Shown: positions 1-14,020, counted from the first letter of the stretch. The stretch: DNA of 64,000 nt from Octopus vulgaris (GCA_951406725.2 OX597831.1:50530001-50594000), one strand, 5' to 3'. Translations and numbers: made by a program. Notes: a model not told the origin generated them from the sequence alone.

Positions 1-165
1 TAGTGCGACACAACATTGTTCGCATACGAGATAAGTTTGAATCAGATAGAACTCTGCATAACGTCCATAAGGAGCGTTCAGGAGGACCGAGGTCATCAAC
101 CAGCCCCGTCAACGAAAAGTTGCTGGAAACCCTCTGGCAATTCCCACAGAAATCTTTACGACGAA
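1..165 (+). mobile_element. Tc1/mariner-type transposase N-terminal (HTH, DUF4817-like) fragment, cut by window edge
   Basis: Translation IVRIRDKFESDRTLHNVHKERSGGPRSSTSP..EKLLETL..PQKSLRR resembles the 'KF..TG.V....RSGRPR....SP.KS.RR' pattern of these transposases; runs into a microsatellite. Confidence 0.6.
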
Positions 166-344
166 TAGATACATACATACATACACAGACACATGCACGT
201 CACAAAATCTTCAGAAACGAGTAAGCAATTGATTTTGATTGGGTGACTGATTGCAAAAAAAAAAAAAAAAAAAATTACGGTGTATACAAGCTGCCAGTGA
301 TGTGGGGTTGTTAACGTAAATAGTGAAAAAAATTTACAAATAAT

Positions 345-535
345 GGGCGTAGGAGTGGCTTTGTGGTAAGTAGCTTCCTTACGAACCACATGGTGCCGGC
401 TTCAGTCCCACTGCGTGGCAGCTTGAGCAAGTGTCTTCTGCTATAGCTTCGGGCCAACCAAAGCCTTGTGAGTAGATTTGGTAGACGGAAACGGAAAGAA
501 ACACGTCGTATATATGTATATATATATATATATTT

Positions 536-619
<84 letters not shown>

Positions 620-860
620 AGAGAGAGAGAGAGATGTGTGTATATATGTTTGTGTGTCTATGTTTGTCCCCCAGCATCGCTTGAGATCCGATGCTGGTGT
701 GTTTACGTCTCCGTAACTTAGCGGTTCGGCAAAAAGAAACCGATAGAATAAGTACTAGGCTTACAAAGAATAAGTCCTGGGGTCTATTTGCTCGACTAAA
801 AGCGGTGCTCCAGCATGCCCACAGTCCAATGACTGAAACAAGTAAAAGAGTAAAAGAGTA
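345..860 (+). mobile_element. tRNA-derived SINE family A (CORE-like central motif), full length, with internal (TA)n tract
   Basis: Head GGGCGTAGGAGTGGCT..GTGGTAAG; cttgagcaagtgtcttc motif (ccttgggcaagt in other copies); tail ..gactgaaacaagtaaaagagtaaaagagt; many homologous copies in window. Confidence 0.85.
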
Positions 861-1619
861 ATCAAATTGAAAAGCATTTGAATAACAGCGATTAAAAACG
901 GATAGAATATAGAAATATAGAAGATAGAAATTGCAAATTATAAAAAGGAACAGTAGGATTGAAACACTACGTATTTAGAGTCGAAATTATGATGAAAGAT
1001 TAGGATTTTTTTTTAAAATGAATAGAAGCTATAATGAGAAAATATAAGAAATAAACAAATATCCAAAAGATATATAATGCTACATATAAGGGAAAAGAAT
1101 GGAGAATAAATGATAGCAAAATAAAGATAATCGAAGTCAAAATGTAAAGACGGAAAAAGGGAGGAGGAGGAAGAAATAATAAAGCAAAAAGCGGGAGAGA
1201 AAGAGATAGATAAAACAGTGAAAATTAGACAAGAAAGGAAAGAATTAATAAAAGAATTCAGGAAAGAAATGAAATAATTAATAATATAGTACATAGTAGG
1301 AAGAGAGAGAGGAGAGAGAAACTATTTTGACGTTAAAGAGGTAACGAATGTAAAGTATCGATGGTTATGTCCAGGTGGTTGGGCAGAGGGGAAAATTAAA
1401 AGCAGTAAGCTTTCTAGCAATGGTGAAAGCATTGTAGAAAAATGCGAATACAGATCCAGAGATAAATACGAATACAGATACAGAGATAAAAATGTGTAAA
1501 TGAAAGAGCATTTGAAAGCATATATATTTAAATATAAACATATAAACAAGTGCTTACTAACCACCAACAACAATCATACCCAAACACACACACACAAACA
1601 TACATACATACATACGTAC

Positions 1620-1650
<31 letters not shown>

Positions 1651-1676
1651 TACATTATATATATATGCATACATAC

Positions 1677-1714
<38 letters not shown>

Positions 1715-1731
1715 TACATTATATATATATG

Positions 1732-1765
<34 letters not shown>

Positions 1766-1927
1766 CATTATATATATATATATATATAACTTTATCTAAC
1801 TAGGGCAGGGTCATTTAACTTGCTGTGCTAGCTTCCCATAAATATAATCAGGTTAAAGTTTTTCGAGGCTTTTAGAGTTATATATATATATCAATACAAA
1901 AAGATACTATAATGATATATTAATATA

Positions 1928-2216
1928 TCATGTGATCACGTGACCGACCAGGCTATCAGATATTGCCACACATCGCTGGTCACAATGCGCTTCGCATTGT
2001 TTTAGCTGGCTAAGCGAGCAGGCCTACAGAAGAAAGAGTGTCAGAAAGTTGTGACGAAAGAGTACATCAGGGATAGCCACCACCCACTGCCGGACCCTTG
2101 TGGAGTTTTAGGTGTTTTCGCTCATTACACACTCACAACACCCGGTCTGAGAATCGAAACCGCGATCCTACGACCGCGAGTCCGCTGCCCTAACCACTGG
2201 GCCATTGCGCCTCCAC
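1928..2216 (-). mobile_element. tRNA-derived SINE family B, tail type 2
   Basis: Reverse complement begins GTGGAGGCGCAATGGCCCAGTGGTTAGGGCAGCGG (A box), with GGTTTCGATTC (B box); tail shared with 58663-58952. Confidence 0.85.
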
Positions 2217-2335
2217 ATATTAAGATGTATTGAACACATTATATTATACGTGGCTCGCTAGCATTTAAAAACCAAAATGAATTAGTATATCAATGGTACA
2301 AAACAGTACGAGCCATTGCTAAATATAAGGGTCAC

Positions 2336-2698
2336 AATTAACTCTTAAAGCCACTAAAAACACTAACCTCACTACATTTACGGGAAGCGGGCACAGCAAG
2401 CTAAATGGCCTTCCCCTAGTGAGATAAACACACAAAAAGAAATAGTTGGACAATGCTTTATCACGTGATTTCAAAATTTAACCACTAAGGCAAGCTATCT
2501 TTTTAACCCTGAGTAGTTGGTAGATGCTTCTCAGTAGAAACAAGACCTTACTGGCTAAATTTCGAAATCACGCTGGAAAGCTTTGTCCAACTATATTTTT
2601 GTAAGTTTATCTAACTAGGGCAGGGTCATTTAACTTGCTGTGCTAGCTTCCCATAAATATAATCAGGTTAAAGTTTTTTGTGGCTTTTAGAGTTAATT
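2336..2698. repeat. Diverged long inverted repeat (fold-back/MITE-like)
   Basis: About 2336-2490 aligns by eye to the reverse complement of about 2545-2698 (attaactct.aaagccac, gcacagcaag.taaatg, atagttggacaa.gcttt). Confidence 0.65.
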
Positions 2699-2803
2699 TT
2701 TAGCAATTGCTAGTGCTATTTTGCAACATTTTTATATATATATATATATCAAGAAACAACTTTAGCATAAGCGCCATAAATCAAATGATAAATGATTAAC
2801 TGG

Positions 2804-2846
<43 letters not shown>

Positions 2847-2892
2847 CATATATATATATGCATATATATGTGTATATATGTATATATATGTA

Positions 2893-2932
<40 letters not shown>

Positions 2933-3561
2933 TACATCCACTTAATCATTTAACATTCGATTTATGGCGCTTATGCTAAAGTCGTTTCTTTGTATAAAGA
3001 TAATGTGACTCAGATCGCTATCACAATGATTAGCTGATGTGGCCATGTGGTGAGGAAAAGAAATTTTCTGTCATTTGGCTGCAGCGCCCGTATGTTAAGG
3101 TCTCGTGACAGCCATGCGAGAAAGTCACGCTAAAACTTTTGTTCAGTGGATATATTAGTTGACACTTAGATCAATTGCTATGGAAGTCGAACGTATTGGG
3201 TGTTAATTGGAGGTTACAGATATTAGGCTTGTGTGTAAATGTATTGTTGTGTATCGAATTTCTTAACCACTGTGATCTGTCGATGTGTAGAATTTATCAC
3301 AAATTGTAACGCTCTGTCTTAAGATAATCATTACACATTGGATAAAAGAGTTCTAAATTCTCTATGTATGAGCTCTTCAGACAGTGTATTTACAAGATTT
3401 TCAGGAAGGTAAAATCTACAAGCACAAGTCTGGAAAATGAAGACCGGCTTGCTGCCAAAGAACCAAGCAACAAATTGACAACTATATTCGTTTTCCATTA
3501 AGATTTATTCAGGTCCATGTTCTCTTCAGTATTGCACATTCATATTTTGCTTCATTTGTCA

Positions 3562-3845
3562 TGGTCTAGTGGTTAGGGTGTTGCACTCACAATCACGAGA
3601 TCGTGGTTTCAGTTCCCAAAGCGGGTGGTGTATTGTGTTCTTGAGCAAAAACACTTCATCTCACGTTGGTCCGTGATCGGTTTGAGATGGGGTACAACGT
3701 ACACCTGTTCAGCCAATGTCGATATGCTGGCGAGAGTGCGCTAAAGTATACCACATACATTTTGTCACTATAAACAAATCATTTGTGCAGGTCGTTTGTC
3801 AAAAGCTGAACACTCATATGTCGTCTTCGATGGAAACATTCCATC
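3562..3845 (+). mobile_element. Diverged tRNA-derived SINE (B/D-related head)
   Basis: atggtctagtggttagggtg A box and gtggtttcagttccc B-box-like motif; ttgtgttcttgagcaaaaacactt..tcacgttg is shared with family D. Confidence 0.6.
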
Positions 3846-4624
3846 ATTGTCATAAATGCTGTTCTGTGTTTGGTGAAGGTCCAAGTTTAGGACCTTCATT
3901 TCAAATAGAATTTCCATCATTTTTTCTTAAGTCAGCAATTGTAACACTTGGTTCCCCAAACCGTTAAAGACAAATACATAAATTTGATACCAAACACGAC
4001 TGATAACATGAAGTTCTATGCTGCCTCTAGTTTCATAATGAACAATGCCTTCAATCTAATTTAATAATTATTTTGAAAAGGCAAATTTATTTCTCAGATA
4101 AATAGACATTTTTTGAAATGACTTCTAGTGATAATCTATGATTATTTACTGTGTGAGTGGATTTTTGCTTATATCTGCATATTTGGAAGTGTGAGATTCG
4201 TGGGCGTATGCATTTGTTTTATAAGATGTTACTAGCGGCAATTTTTTAACGTAAGTAATGCATTGTGAACATTAATCTATAGCACCATACATCATTCAGA
4301 AATGATGTCTTGGCAAGTAATATATCGAACAGAATTTTTTTAAAATTTGTTTTAAAAAGATATCTACCAATAGCGATATTTTTACAGATGAGCTCTTAAA
4401 ATGTTAAGACAGTGTTGAAACGAATTCATATGCGGCGTATACGCATACATACATTCATACGTTGGTGTACACACAGAAGTATACATACATATATATATAT
4501 ATCGCCCTTTCTCTTTCCTTCATATCACCCTCTCTCTTTCCTTCATATCTCTCTCTCTTTCCCTATTCTTCCTTCTTTCCTACCTCCCTCTATCTCTCAC
4601 TTTCTCTCTATCCTCTACTCCTCC

Positions 4625-5523
4625 TCTGGGCTTAAAAAACGAAGGTGCAGGTGTTAGGGGAGGCCATCCCGTGTCTGTTGACTGTGGTGGTCTTGCGCAG
4701 TGGTGGGCAAGGTTGCTTGTTTGCCAGGTCAGCTGCTGCACAATGTTTTACGTCATGCACAAAAAGACTCCTGCTCAACTGCTGCGTTGCATGTAACCTC
4801 TGCAGAGCGCACTTTTTTTGTATATTTTTCTTTGGAGACGATTGGTGTCTTTACTCAGGGAAGTTTTTCTCCTTAAGGCCCCTGTAGTTTTAGCGGGGTC
4901 TCGGATGAGCAAACCGGCAGGTTTTGCCGTCTTCCCCATGCCAACATCTGCCTTGCAGGTCCTTGAGTACCCTCCAAATTTTTTCACTCCCCTAGGGTTT
5001 TGGATTGCATTGTATCCTTCTGTTTTTTGCTTACTGAATCGAGGTTTCGGTTTTGGTTATTTCATTTTTGCCTATTCCTTTTCTCCCTTTCCTTCTTTAT
5101 ATTTGTGTTCGTGTTCTGTCCTTCCTTTTCTTGTTGTGGGAATTTCTTTCCTCTGGTTGTCCAATGGGGTGAGGAGCCAGAGGAGCTTTTGGTTGATACT
5201 TCCTTGGCTCCCATATCCTTTTCTGCCTGCTCTTTCTCAGGGGAGGGGGATCCATTCTTTTGAGGAACCACTGTCACAAAGAGACTTCTGGGTTTTGTTT
5301 CCTTTTCTCTATCCTTATCATCCTTGCCACAATGGTTTTCCATTATGACATCCAGGGTATCAATGTGTGGTCTCATAAGCATATAAGATCTGATGAATTT
5401 ATTTTTCTTCCGCTCTATCTGGTCAATGGGAGTCATTCCTGAGAGCATGAGGCCTTCGGGCCATTTGACGCAGGAAAGTTGAAATCACCTACAAGAAATA
5501 TGCTCAGTGGTGTTCCAGTTTCA
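4625..5523 (-). mobile_element. Inverted 5' part of the adjacent LINE (probable ORF1 remnant plus a duplicated piece of the endonuclease)
   Basis: Minus-strand K/R/E-rich ORFs 5062-5448 and 4775-4987 (LCRGYMQR, possible Zn-finger remnant); 5430-5523 is the reverse complement of 5545-5639. Confidence 0.55.
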
Positions 5524-7872
5524 CAAGAATTAAAGAAATCCTCATGAAACTGGAACACCACTGAGCATATTTCTTGTAGGTGATTTCAACTTTCCCTGCG
5601 ACGAATGGCCCGAAGGCCTCATGCTCTCAGGAATGACTCATTGCAAACGAGCACAGGTGGAGTCGCTGCACAACCTCACCAATGTCTTATTCGTGGAGCA
5701 AGTTTTACTCAGACCAACTAGGGCGAATAACATTTTGGATCTCTGCTTTACGAACAATATGGACATCGTTCATGAGGTGAAATTGACGCCGACAGTAGCC
5801 TCGGATTACAACATAATAGGGCTATCTATGTTTGGGCCTAAAGTAGCCAGAGACATACAGCTTAAAGGAAGCACCCGAAATCTCTCCAATCTGAACACCC
5901 ACAAAGCAGACTGGAAATCGATCCAAAAAGAGATCCTCAGAGAGGACTGGCCGAAATGTCTCTCCACACCAGACATTGGCATGAAACTAGAATATTTCCT
6001 GTCTGTTGTGCAAGCCATATGCCAAAAATATATCCCAGAGAACAAGGCCAAAACAAATAGGAACAATATTCCAAGGGAGAGGAAAATCCTCATGAGACGA
6101 CGGATGAAGGTTGCAAATCGCATCAACCAACATCCCAAAAGTAGCGAAATGTCCCACCCAAAAACAAGACTAGTGGAGATTTAAAAAAACCTGCAAAAAT
6201 TGCGAGGGAGAAAGCAGAAAAAGAAGCATGGGTTATAAAAAACATTAAGTCAAACCCAAAGGCCTTCTTTCATTATGCAAAAGTACGCTGCTAGATAGGA
6301 CCCGTCTTCTAATGGGATTGCTCCCTCACAGATAGTCGAACCAGAATTAGCGAGGTACTGAATGACCAGTTCAAAAGTGCCTTTACCACCCCGTTGGAAC
6401 ACAGACAAACGAACGAACCAGTAGACATTTTTGCCACCTTACCAGCAAGGCAGTTACGATGGAATACATCGACATTAGCGAAGAAGATACACTACTAGCC
6501 ATAGATGAGGTGGACGCAAATTCAACTGCTGGTCCTGATGGTTTCCCAGCAATCCTCCTTCAATCGTGTAAGCGTGCTCTGGCAAAATCCATCCAGATTC
6601 TCTTCCTGAACATTCTTGCAAAGAGCAGGCTGCCAAGCAAGCTGAAGGAGGGAACAATATGCCCAATCCATAAAAGGGGAAGCAGGACAGATGCCAAAAC
6701 TGTAGGCCTAGCTCTCTGACTTCACACATTAGCAAAGTCATGAAACGGATATTCAGAGGGAAACTAATAGCTTCCCTTCAAGAAAATAACTTACTGAGCG
6801 ATACCCAGTGTGGCTTTCGATCAGGTAGGAGCTGCCTGACCCAGCTCTTACAACATTATGACTGGGCGAGACAGCTACCCAACAATTCAAATGTGGACGT
6901 AATATACCTTGATCTTGCAAAAGCTTTTGACAAAGTGGATCATGGTATGATATACCACAAACTGCGTGATCTCGACATAGCTGGAAAACTTGGAGAATGG
7001 TTACATGACTTTCTGAAAGATAGAAATCAGGCAGTAGTGGCCAAGGGAGCCACCTCAACGAAAACACAAATAGTGAGTGGTGTTCTACAGGGCACTGACT
7101 TGTGACCACTGCTTTTCATAGTGGCCCTCTCAGATATGCCCTCAACTGCCTGCATAGCCACACTTGTTAGCTCCGTAGACGATACAAAAGTCTTGCAGAT
7201 AATACAGAACCCCAGCAATGTTGCACATCTGCAGCGGGAGTTGGACTCAATTTACAGACGGGCTCAGGTTAATAGTATACATTTTAATGTTGAAAAATTC
7301 GAATCCCTGAGCTACCAGCGTCCAAAACTGAATATGAAACTTACAGGGTACACTGGTCCACAGCGAATTACAATCCCAGAGCCTCAATCAGTGAGGAGCC
7401 TGGGTATCGGCATGAGAGATGATACCTCTTTCTAAGTGCACATTAACAGGATGGCGACAAAGTGCAGACGACTAGTTGGATGGATCCTTAGCACATTCAG
7501 AACCAGAGATAAGGAAACCATGATGGTCCCATGGAGGACATTCGTACTCAGCAGCCTAGATTACTGTTCCCAGCTATGGTCACCTACCAGTGTGAAATTA
7601 ACAGCGGACCTTGAAGCAATCCAGCGAATCTTCACAAAGAAGATCGTCTCATTGCAACAGCTCAGCTAGTTGGCAAGGCTGAAACAGCTAAGACTCTACT
7701 CCTTTTAGAGAAAACGGAGGAGGTATGCAGTAATATACATCTGGAAGATCCTGGCATTGAAAGCTACACCAATGCCAGAACATGTCGACGCTGCATAGTA
7801 CCAAAGATCCCAGCAATGCCATCGCGCTTCAGAACCAGTTACTGCGACAGCCTGGGTTTCATGGGTTTCATG
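5524..7872 (+). mobile_element. CR1-group non-LTR retrotransposon ORF2 (APE endonuclease + RT), degenerate
   Basis: VGDFNF, PTRANNILDLCFTN, AGPDGFPAILL, QCGFRSGRSCLTQLL, DVIYLDLAKAFDKVDHG, SGVLQGT, SVDDTK, LDYCSQLWSP; frameshifts and stops. Confidence 0.92.
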
Positions 7873-7922
7873 TATATATATATATACATACACACAAACA
7901 CACACATACACACACGCTCACG

Positions 7923-7956
<34 letters not shown>

Positions 7957-8114
7957 CATACATACATACATGCATATATACATACATGCATATATACATA
8001 CATGCATATATACATACATGCATACATACATACATACATGCATATATACATACATGCATACATACATACATACATACATACATACATACATACATACATA
8101 CATACATACATACA

Positions 8115-8150
<36 letters not shown>

Positions 8151-8152
8151 TA
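7873..8152. repeat. Compound (TA)n/(CA)n/(TACA)n microsatellite
   Basis: Direct reading. Confidence 0.95.
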
Positions 8153-8734
8153 CCGCAATAAAAGTGCACAAAACCCTCTTATTTGGTCACATCACATTTA
8201 GGATGATTATTGCCCTATATGAAAAGATTTAAAATATATGATTCTGCTTTTATTAAATTATGAGGTGAATGAAGAATATTACGAGAAATGACAATTGGTT
8301 TTTGTATTGATTATGTTTATGATGTCTTCGTGCGTGTAGTTTTAGGTCGTATATATGGACATATACGGTTTGGTTTGTGTACCATTTGTTGTTTTAATGC
8401 TTGTGTGTTTGTTAAATTGTTTGTGCTTTTGCGTGCATATTTGTATCTGTGCGTTTATTAAGTTGTTTGTGATGTTCTGTGCAAATATCGCGCACGAATA
8501 ATATTCAAATAAAGATCTATGGTTGCTAGCTATTTTTTTCATTAGAATGATGCTCCATTATTTCTAATATACATATGTATTACCCTTCTTTGTGTCACAG
8601 TGCGTTTAGTCATTTATTTGTGTGAACTTTATTAGATAATATATTAATATAGTGACTAACATTAACACGATATGTTTTGGGATATGAACCACAAATTCCT
8701 GTTTTTTTTTGTATGCAGGTAAATAACAGAGTAT

Positions 8735-8773
<39 letters not shown>

Positions 8774-9337
8774 CATACATGTGCTGTGTGAGGGGGGTGC
8801 GCCCGTGAGTATGTATGTATGTATAATAAATGCAATAAAATATAACATATCTACGTTAATATATATTTTAAGTATCATCTGATGAATTACCCCACTGAAT
8901 AAGAAAGACAAGTGTATTTGTGTACATCCCAAAATATTAACCATACCTTTAGAGATAGGATATTTATTTCATATGTATCGATTTCGAAACATTACAATTT
9001 ATACATATGAACACATCATAATATAAACTTCATTAAAATTTAAAATACAATATTTTAAACCTTATACACTATTTTAAACCTTCATTAATGTCTAAAATAC
9101 AAAACCATTTATAAGAATTAAAATGTATGCGCACAAAAATATGCCCGCGAGTGTCGACGGAATTGGCGAAGCCGTGGCCAACGGGGAGTGGCACAGTAGG
9201 CTTCCTGACTGCGTACAATTGCTGGAATACATGCAGCCATCTTTGAACAGGGCCTTAAACTTAATTCACAATGTTGTTTGAAGTTGTTGAAGACTTAGAT
9301 CAAACCCTGGTTGGAGAAGGTTGCTGCTGGAAGGCTG

Positions 9338-9430
<93 letters not shown>

Positions 9431-9512
9431 GTGGTGTGTGTTTGTATGAGAGGGTGTGTGTGTGCGTGTGAGATTATGCATGCATGAATGTATGAATGTA
9501 TGAATGTATGTG

Positions 9513-9544
<32 letters not shown>

Positions 9545-9604
9545 TGTATGTATGTATGTATGTATGTATGTATGTATGTATATCTGTGTGTATGTAAGTA
9601 TATT

Positions 9605-10040
9605 AAATTCAGGAAACGTTTCCTTGTCATACCTTCAGAAAGAGTCAGAAGTACTTGTTGGAAAATTTCTACGACTTCACAAGTTTCACATTTTGGCCTC
9701 GTAATTATTTTGATTGTAATCTTACGGATTATTATAAGTGGGGCGCAGTTTACAAAGACACCAACTGCTCTGCCTCGCTGATAGTCAAGATCAAGGAGAT
9801 GTCTGAAGATCTTCCTAAGGATACAGGTAGTAACGCACGTGCTCCGTTTCCGAGCCGTCTTGAGGCTGCGGTGGAATCTAAGGGCGACTACTTTGAGCAA
9901 AATGTTATCTCCCGGCCACAATCTAGTTGATTAGTTTCTTTTTTCATTTTAACACTTCTATTTCTTAGTGGAATATTGTTTTTTTTTAAATTTTCTTTTC
10001 GTTTTATGGAGAGTTTCAAATTTAGCCCGAGCACCTTGTA
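9605..10040 (+). mobile_element. Tc1/mariner-superfamily (maT-like) transposase C-terminus and right end
   Basis: FWPRNYFDCNLTDYYKWGAV ~ WPPNSPDLNPMDYYVWG; SRLEAAVESKGDYFE ~ RLEAVVEAEGGYFE; ends gcaccttg-TA at about 10038-10040. Confidence 0.8.
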
Positions 10041-11549
10041 TATTTTTGTATTTGTATACATATAAGCATGTATGTGTCCAGCAGGAGAGGAAGAGACAGA
10101 TGGACGGATAGACAGACAGAGAGAGAGTGGTGATCTCCGTTGTTCGACGACATTGATTTAATTGCTCGATCGACTGAATTACGTATTGCTCCTGAATTAA
10201 AATCTCAATGGTTGCACCAACATAATTACATGTGTGTGTCTTAGAGTGTGTAGGTGCGTCTCTCAACGTGTGTGCCGAGATTTGCTTATGCAGGTAACAG
10301 TGAAGCGCACAGCATTGCCAAGACTCAGCAATGATGAAATGCGTCTATCACGCTTGCATGTCATACAACTCTTTTCGCCGCAATATACAGAGCGATTTTA
10401 AGGCTCCAAAGTTTCTTCTCTCACAGACAATGCCAGAGCATTATCCGTATATTTTTCTCTAAAAATCTATTCTCTTGAAGCAGTGAATAGAACCAGGTTG
10501 ATTATGGAAGATTATTCTTAGTGTTTGTGAGAAAGTTACTCTGCAGTATTGCCAGGCTTGTTACCTAGTTGCTTATTCTTCTGATAATAGTCATAGTATA
10601 AGTTTCTTATTAAATAATGCGCGGGTATTCAACATGCAGGCAATCACCACAAACAAGATGGTTTGACACGTTATTAACAAGAAAATAACCGGTGAAAAAC
10701 AATATCGGAAAAGATAAATTGAATCTTATCAGTTGTAGTTATAGATGAAACCAAAACTATAAAAGCATATTTTTTCTTGGAGATATGAGCTCAGTAATGA
10801 CTTATATAATTGCTATGAAATAACATAAAATATATTCTCCCTCCGGCTATATGAATAGAAGAAATATAGAGTGAAAAAGAAATGGTCTCTCGAAACCTAA
10901 TCATTTTATGAAAAAAACAATTACTCCAGCGAGAAACATTTGTTGAATGCAACATGGATGCCAGTGTTATTAGAAATCTTTAGAATAGTAATAACATGTA
11001 GCCAAAATAGTTTATTTTAGACCAACAACTGGTATATTAGCTTTCGTTTTGACAGATATCCTTTTGCAATGTTTGAAATGGAAATAGCAACAAAATACCA
11101 GAGGCCCAAAATAAATAGCAATGCAAATTAACACCCAAATCTGGTAAACTTCACAGACTCTTGAATTAGCACATGTCTGTATATGTCACTATGGGTATGG
11201 GAAGAATGGGGTCGAGGCCGACACCGCAAACCATGAAACCTTTAAAAATGGTTGGGCTGAAGTTAAAAGATAGAATGTGTTATACAATAATGTAGAATGC
11301 AAACTCAATCACTGTATAAAGAGTACTGGTGAGGTTTTCTTATAACTTTTACTGACCAGAGTTATTGATCTGTTGGAGAAATAGGAAAGAAAGTGAACAC
11401 AGTAGTAGAAGTCATAAGCATTGAAGATTCCTCAGTTATTCAACCCAGTCTATAAATTCAGACACGTTTAGGTATCTTTTATACAATTAATTTCCTTAAC
11501 ACTAATTGCTTGATCAACTAAATTACATCTTCTGAATTAACGTCTAAAT

Positions 11550-11970
11550 CAGGGGTTCACAACAATTTTTTTTATCTATGGATCCTTTGTTATTTTATTC
11601 TGGTGGACCCCCATATACCATCTGATGTTTAAAAACTAGTTTTATAGAAACTTCTTTGTGTTTCCTTGTGTTTCCTTACTAAACTTTTCAGGCAAAATCA
11701 ACGTCGCAGAATGTGAGTCAAGGCCGTATTTTGTTTCACACATGCAATTCCATCCGAAGGTTTTCTATGGGGATAGACAGACAGACGCACAGACAGATAA
11801 ACAGATAGATGGGCAGATAGATAGACAAATAGATGGAAAGACAGATAGACATATAGAAGGACAGATAGATATATAGACAAATAGACAGACAGACAGACAC
11901 ATAGATAGATAGATACATGCATAGACAGACAGACAAACAAACATACATACAGACAGACAGACAGACAGAC

Positions 11971-12048
<78 letters not shown>

Positions 12049-12326
12049 ATTTAGATAGATTTTAGTTTTCTTTATACTTTTAAAAATATGTTGGTATTAT
12101 TCTCTATTAATCGGATTGTTAATTTTATAAGATTTGATATATCTTCAAACATTGTAAGAAATTGCAGTATGATTTATAAAGCATTTCAAATATATGTGTA
12201 AACCTATATGATAGTGTGGTGAAATAGGTGTTTGTACAACTGTAACTACGAATGTATATATATATACATAACTTATAAACAAGGGCATTAGAAAAATTAT
12301 TTCAATACCTATATGCTGAGAACCGA
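11550..12326. mobile_element. Degenerate hAT-like non-autonomous element containing a (GACA)n/(GATA)n tract
   Basis: Left end CAGGGGTTCACAAC, right end gctgagaaccga; imperfect 8-bp flanks gtctaaat / ctttaaat. Confidence 0.45.
11773..12060. repeat. (GACA)n/(GATA)n microsatellite
   Basis: Direct reading. Confidence 0.95.
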
Positions 12327-12571
12327 CTTTAAATCGTCAATTTCCACATTTATAATACCCATTCACTATAGATATACGTCGTGCTGAAATCGAGGAAATC
12401 GAGCTAACAGAATTTTTTTTTTTAAAGTTCGTTATTTCTATATTAAATCAATTTCAGGATTAATTCTATGGAATTTTCCCTCTTCAGTAGAAAATACGAT
12501 GAGAAATAAATGAAATACTTACACACACCCATGGAAAAAAGCAAAAGTAAGATTCATTTCCATCCACGTAG

Positions 12572-12662
<91 letters not shown>

Positions 12663-13903
12663 GTATGTATATATATATATATATTCTTTTATGCACGTTA
12701 TCACGTTCGTTGCTTTTCTTTTTTAATCCGTTTATTTGAATTATTTGTTTATTTGAGTTCACAATACGTATATATATAAGTATGTATGTATGTATGTATG
12801 TATGTATATATGAAAGGAGAGAGAATGAGAAAGTCTGTTATGCATGAATTATGAAGGGTGATGAAAGACTAACAAAGAAAGAAGATAAGATTAAAGTGAT
12901 ATAAAATTTATTTCATCCAGCTTACGCAATCGCTTCAATTGTTGATAGAGTCTCTCCTGGAGAAAGCATATTCGCAACTTAGCTAAGGTCGCATCTCATT
13001 GAAGAGCTCTTTTCTTTAGTTCCCTAGAATTATTGATACTTTACACAGTCCAAGAGGGGCTCATAATAGAATACTATTTTGTTGTCTTAAACAAAGGTGT
13101 TATACACATAAAAAATTTAAACTGCATCCAGGAAAGAACCTCATAAATGAATGGCGTAAGGTGACCTACTAATACACTCCAAGCTTTGGCTCATAGCCGC
13201 GCTGCCTCCTGTTTCAGTTTTTTTCTACCTCCTCAGAGCTACTTGGAACTACATTTACGTCGCTGAGGCATTTACAGCTACTCGACTCTGCTCCTGTTAT
13301 CACTTTTATCGTGTCATATCCCGTCCTGAGGTTACGCAGTAACCACCACATCAATCTTTCACTCTCAGACCAAGGTCCCACTGGAATACTCTCCGTGTTC
13401 ATGCATCTCTTTCATGTGTTAACTTCCAAAAATTCAACAAGAACATTACATTTATTAATCTGAGCGTTATAGCAGCACCTGCAAAATTGAAGCACACTGC
13501 CCATAATTCCTAATTCTGCAATTAAAAATGTTACTCCGCCACTGTTTTTCTATGAGTCAATCCAGACATGGATGTTTTTTGTTGATACACTATTCTGGGT
13601 TGTATTTGAATATCCGTGACGAATATAGTAAATATATACATATATCATACATACATTAAGTATATGGAAATGTTATACACACATTCAAGTATATATCAAT
13701 AAATAGCTATCGTAATATTTGTACTATTCGAAAATACTTTTAAAAGCTAACAAAGAAGTAATATCATATGTATGTAGGTGTATGCGTATGTATGCATACA
13801 AAGTCATATACATTTTCACGCACACACACATACATGTATGTGTATGTATAAGTCAATATATTAATGTATGCTTGTATATATATATAACACATATATAACA
13901 CAA

Positions 13904-13945
<42 letters not shown>

Positions 13946-13976
13946 ATATATGTGTGTGTGTATATATATACATATA

Positions 13977-14020
<44 letters not shown>

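Noticed and set aside
441-1799. ORFs rich in YI/HT/CV/MYVC repeats, here and throughout the window
   Set aside because: Translations of (TA)n, (CA)n and (TACA)n microsatellites, which lack stop codons in most frames
4818-5348. 176-aa hydrophobic ORF
   Set aside because: Antisense reading of the A-rich inverted LINE segment
12918-13010. Minus-strand agct-cttcaatga...gaagcgattgcgta-agct hammerhead resemblance
   Set aside because: Both core motifs are mutated; not supportable without a consensus
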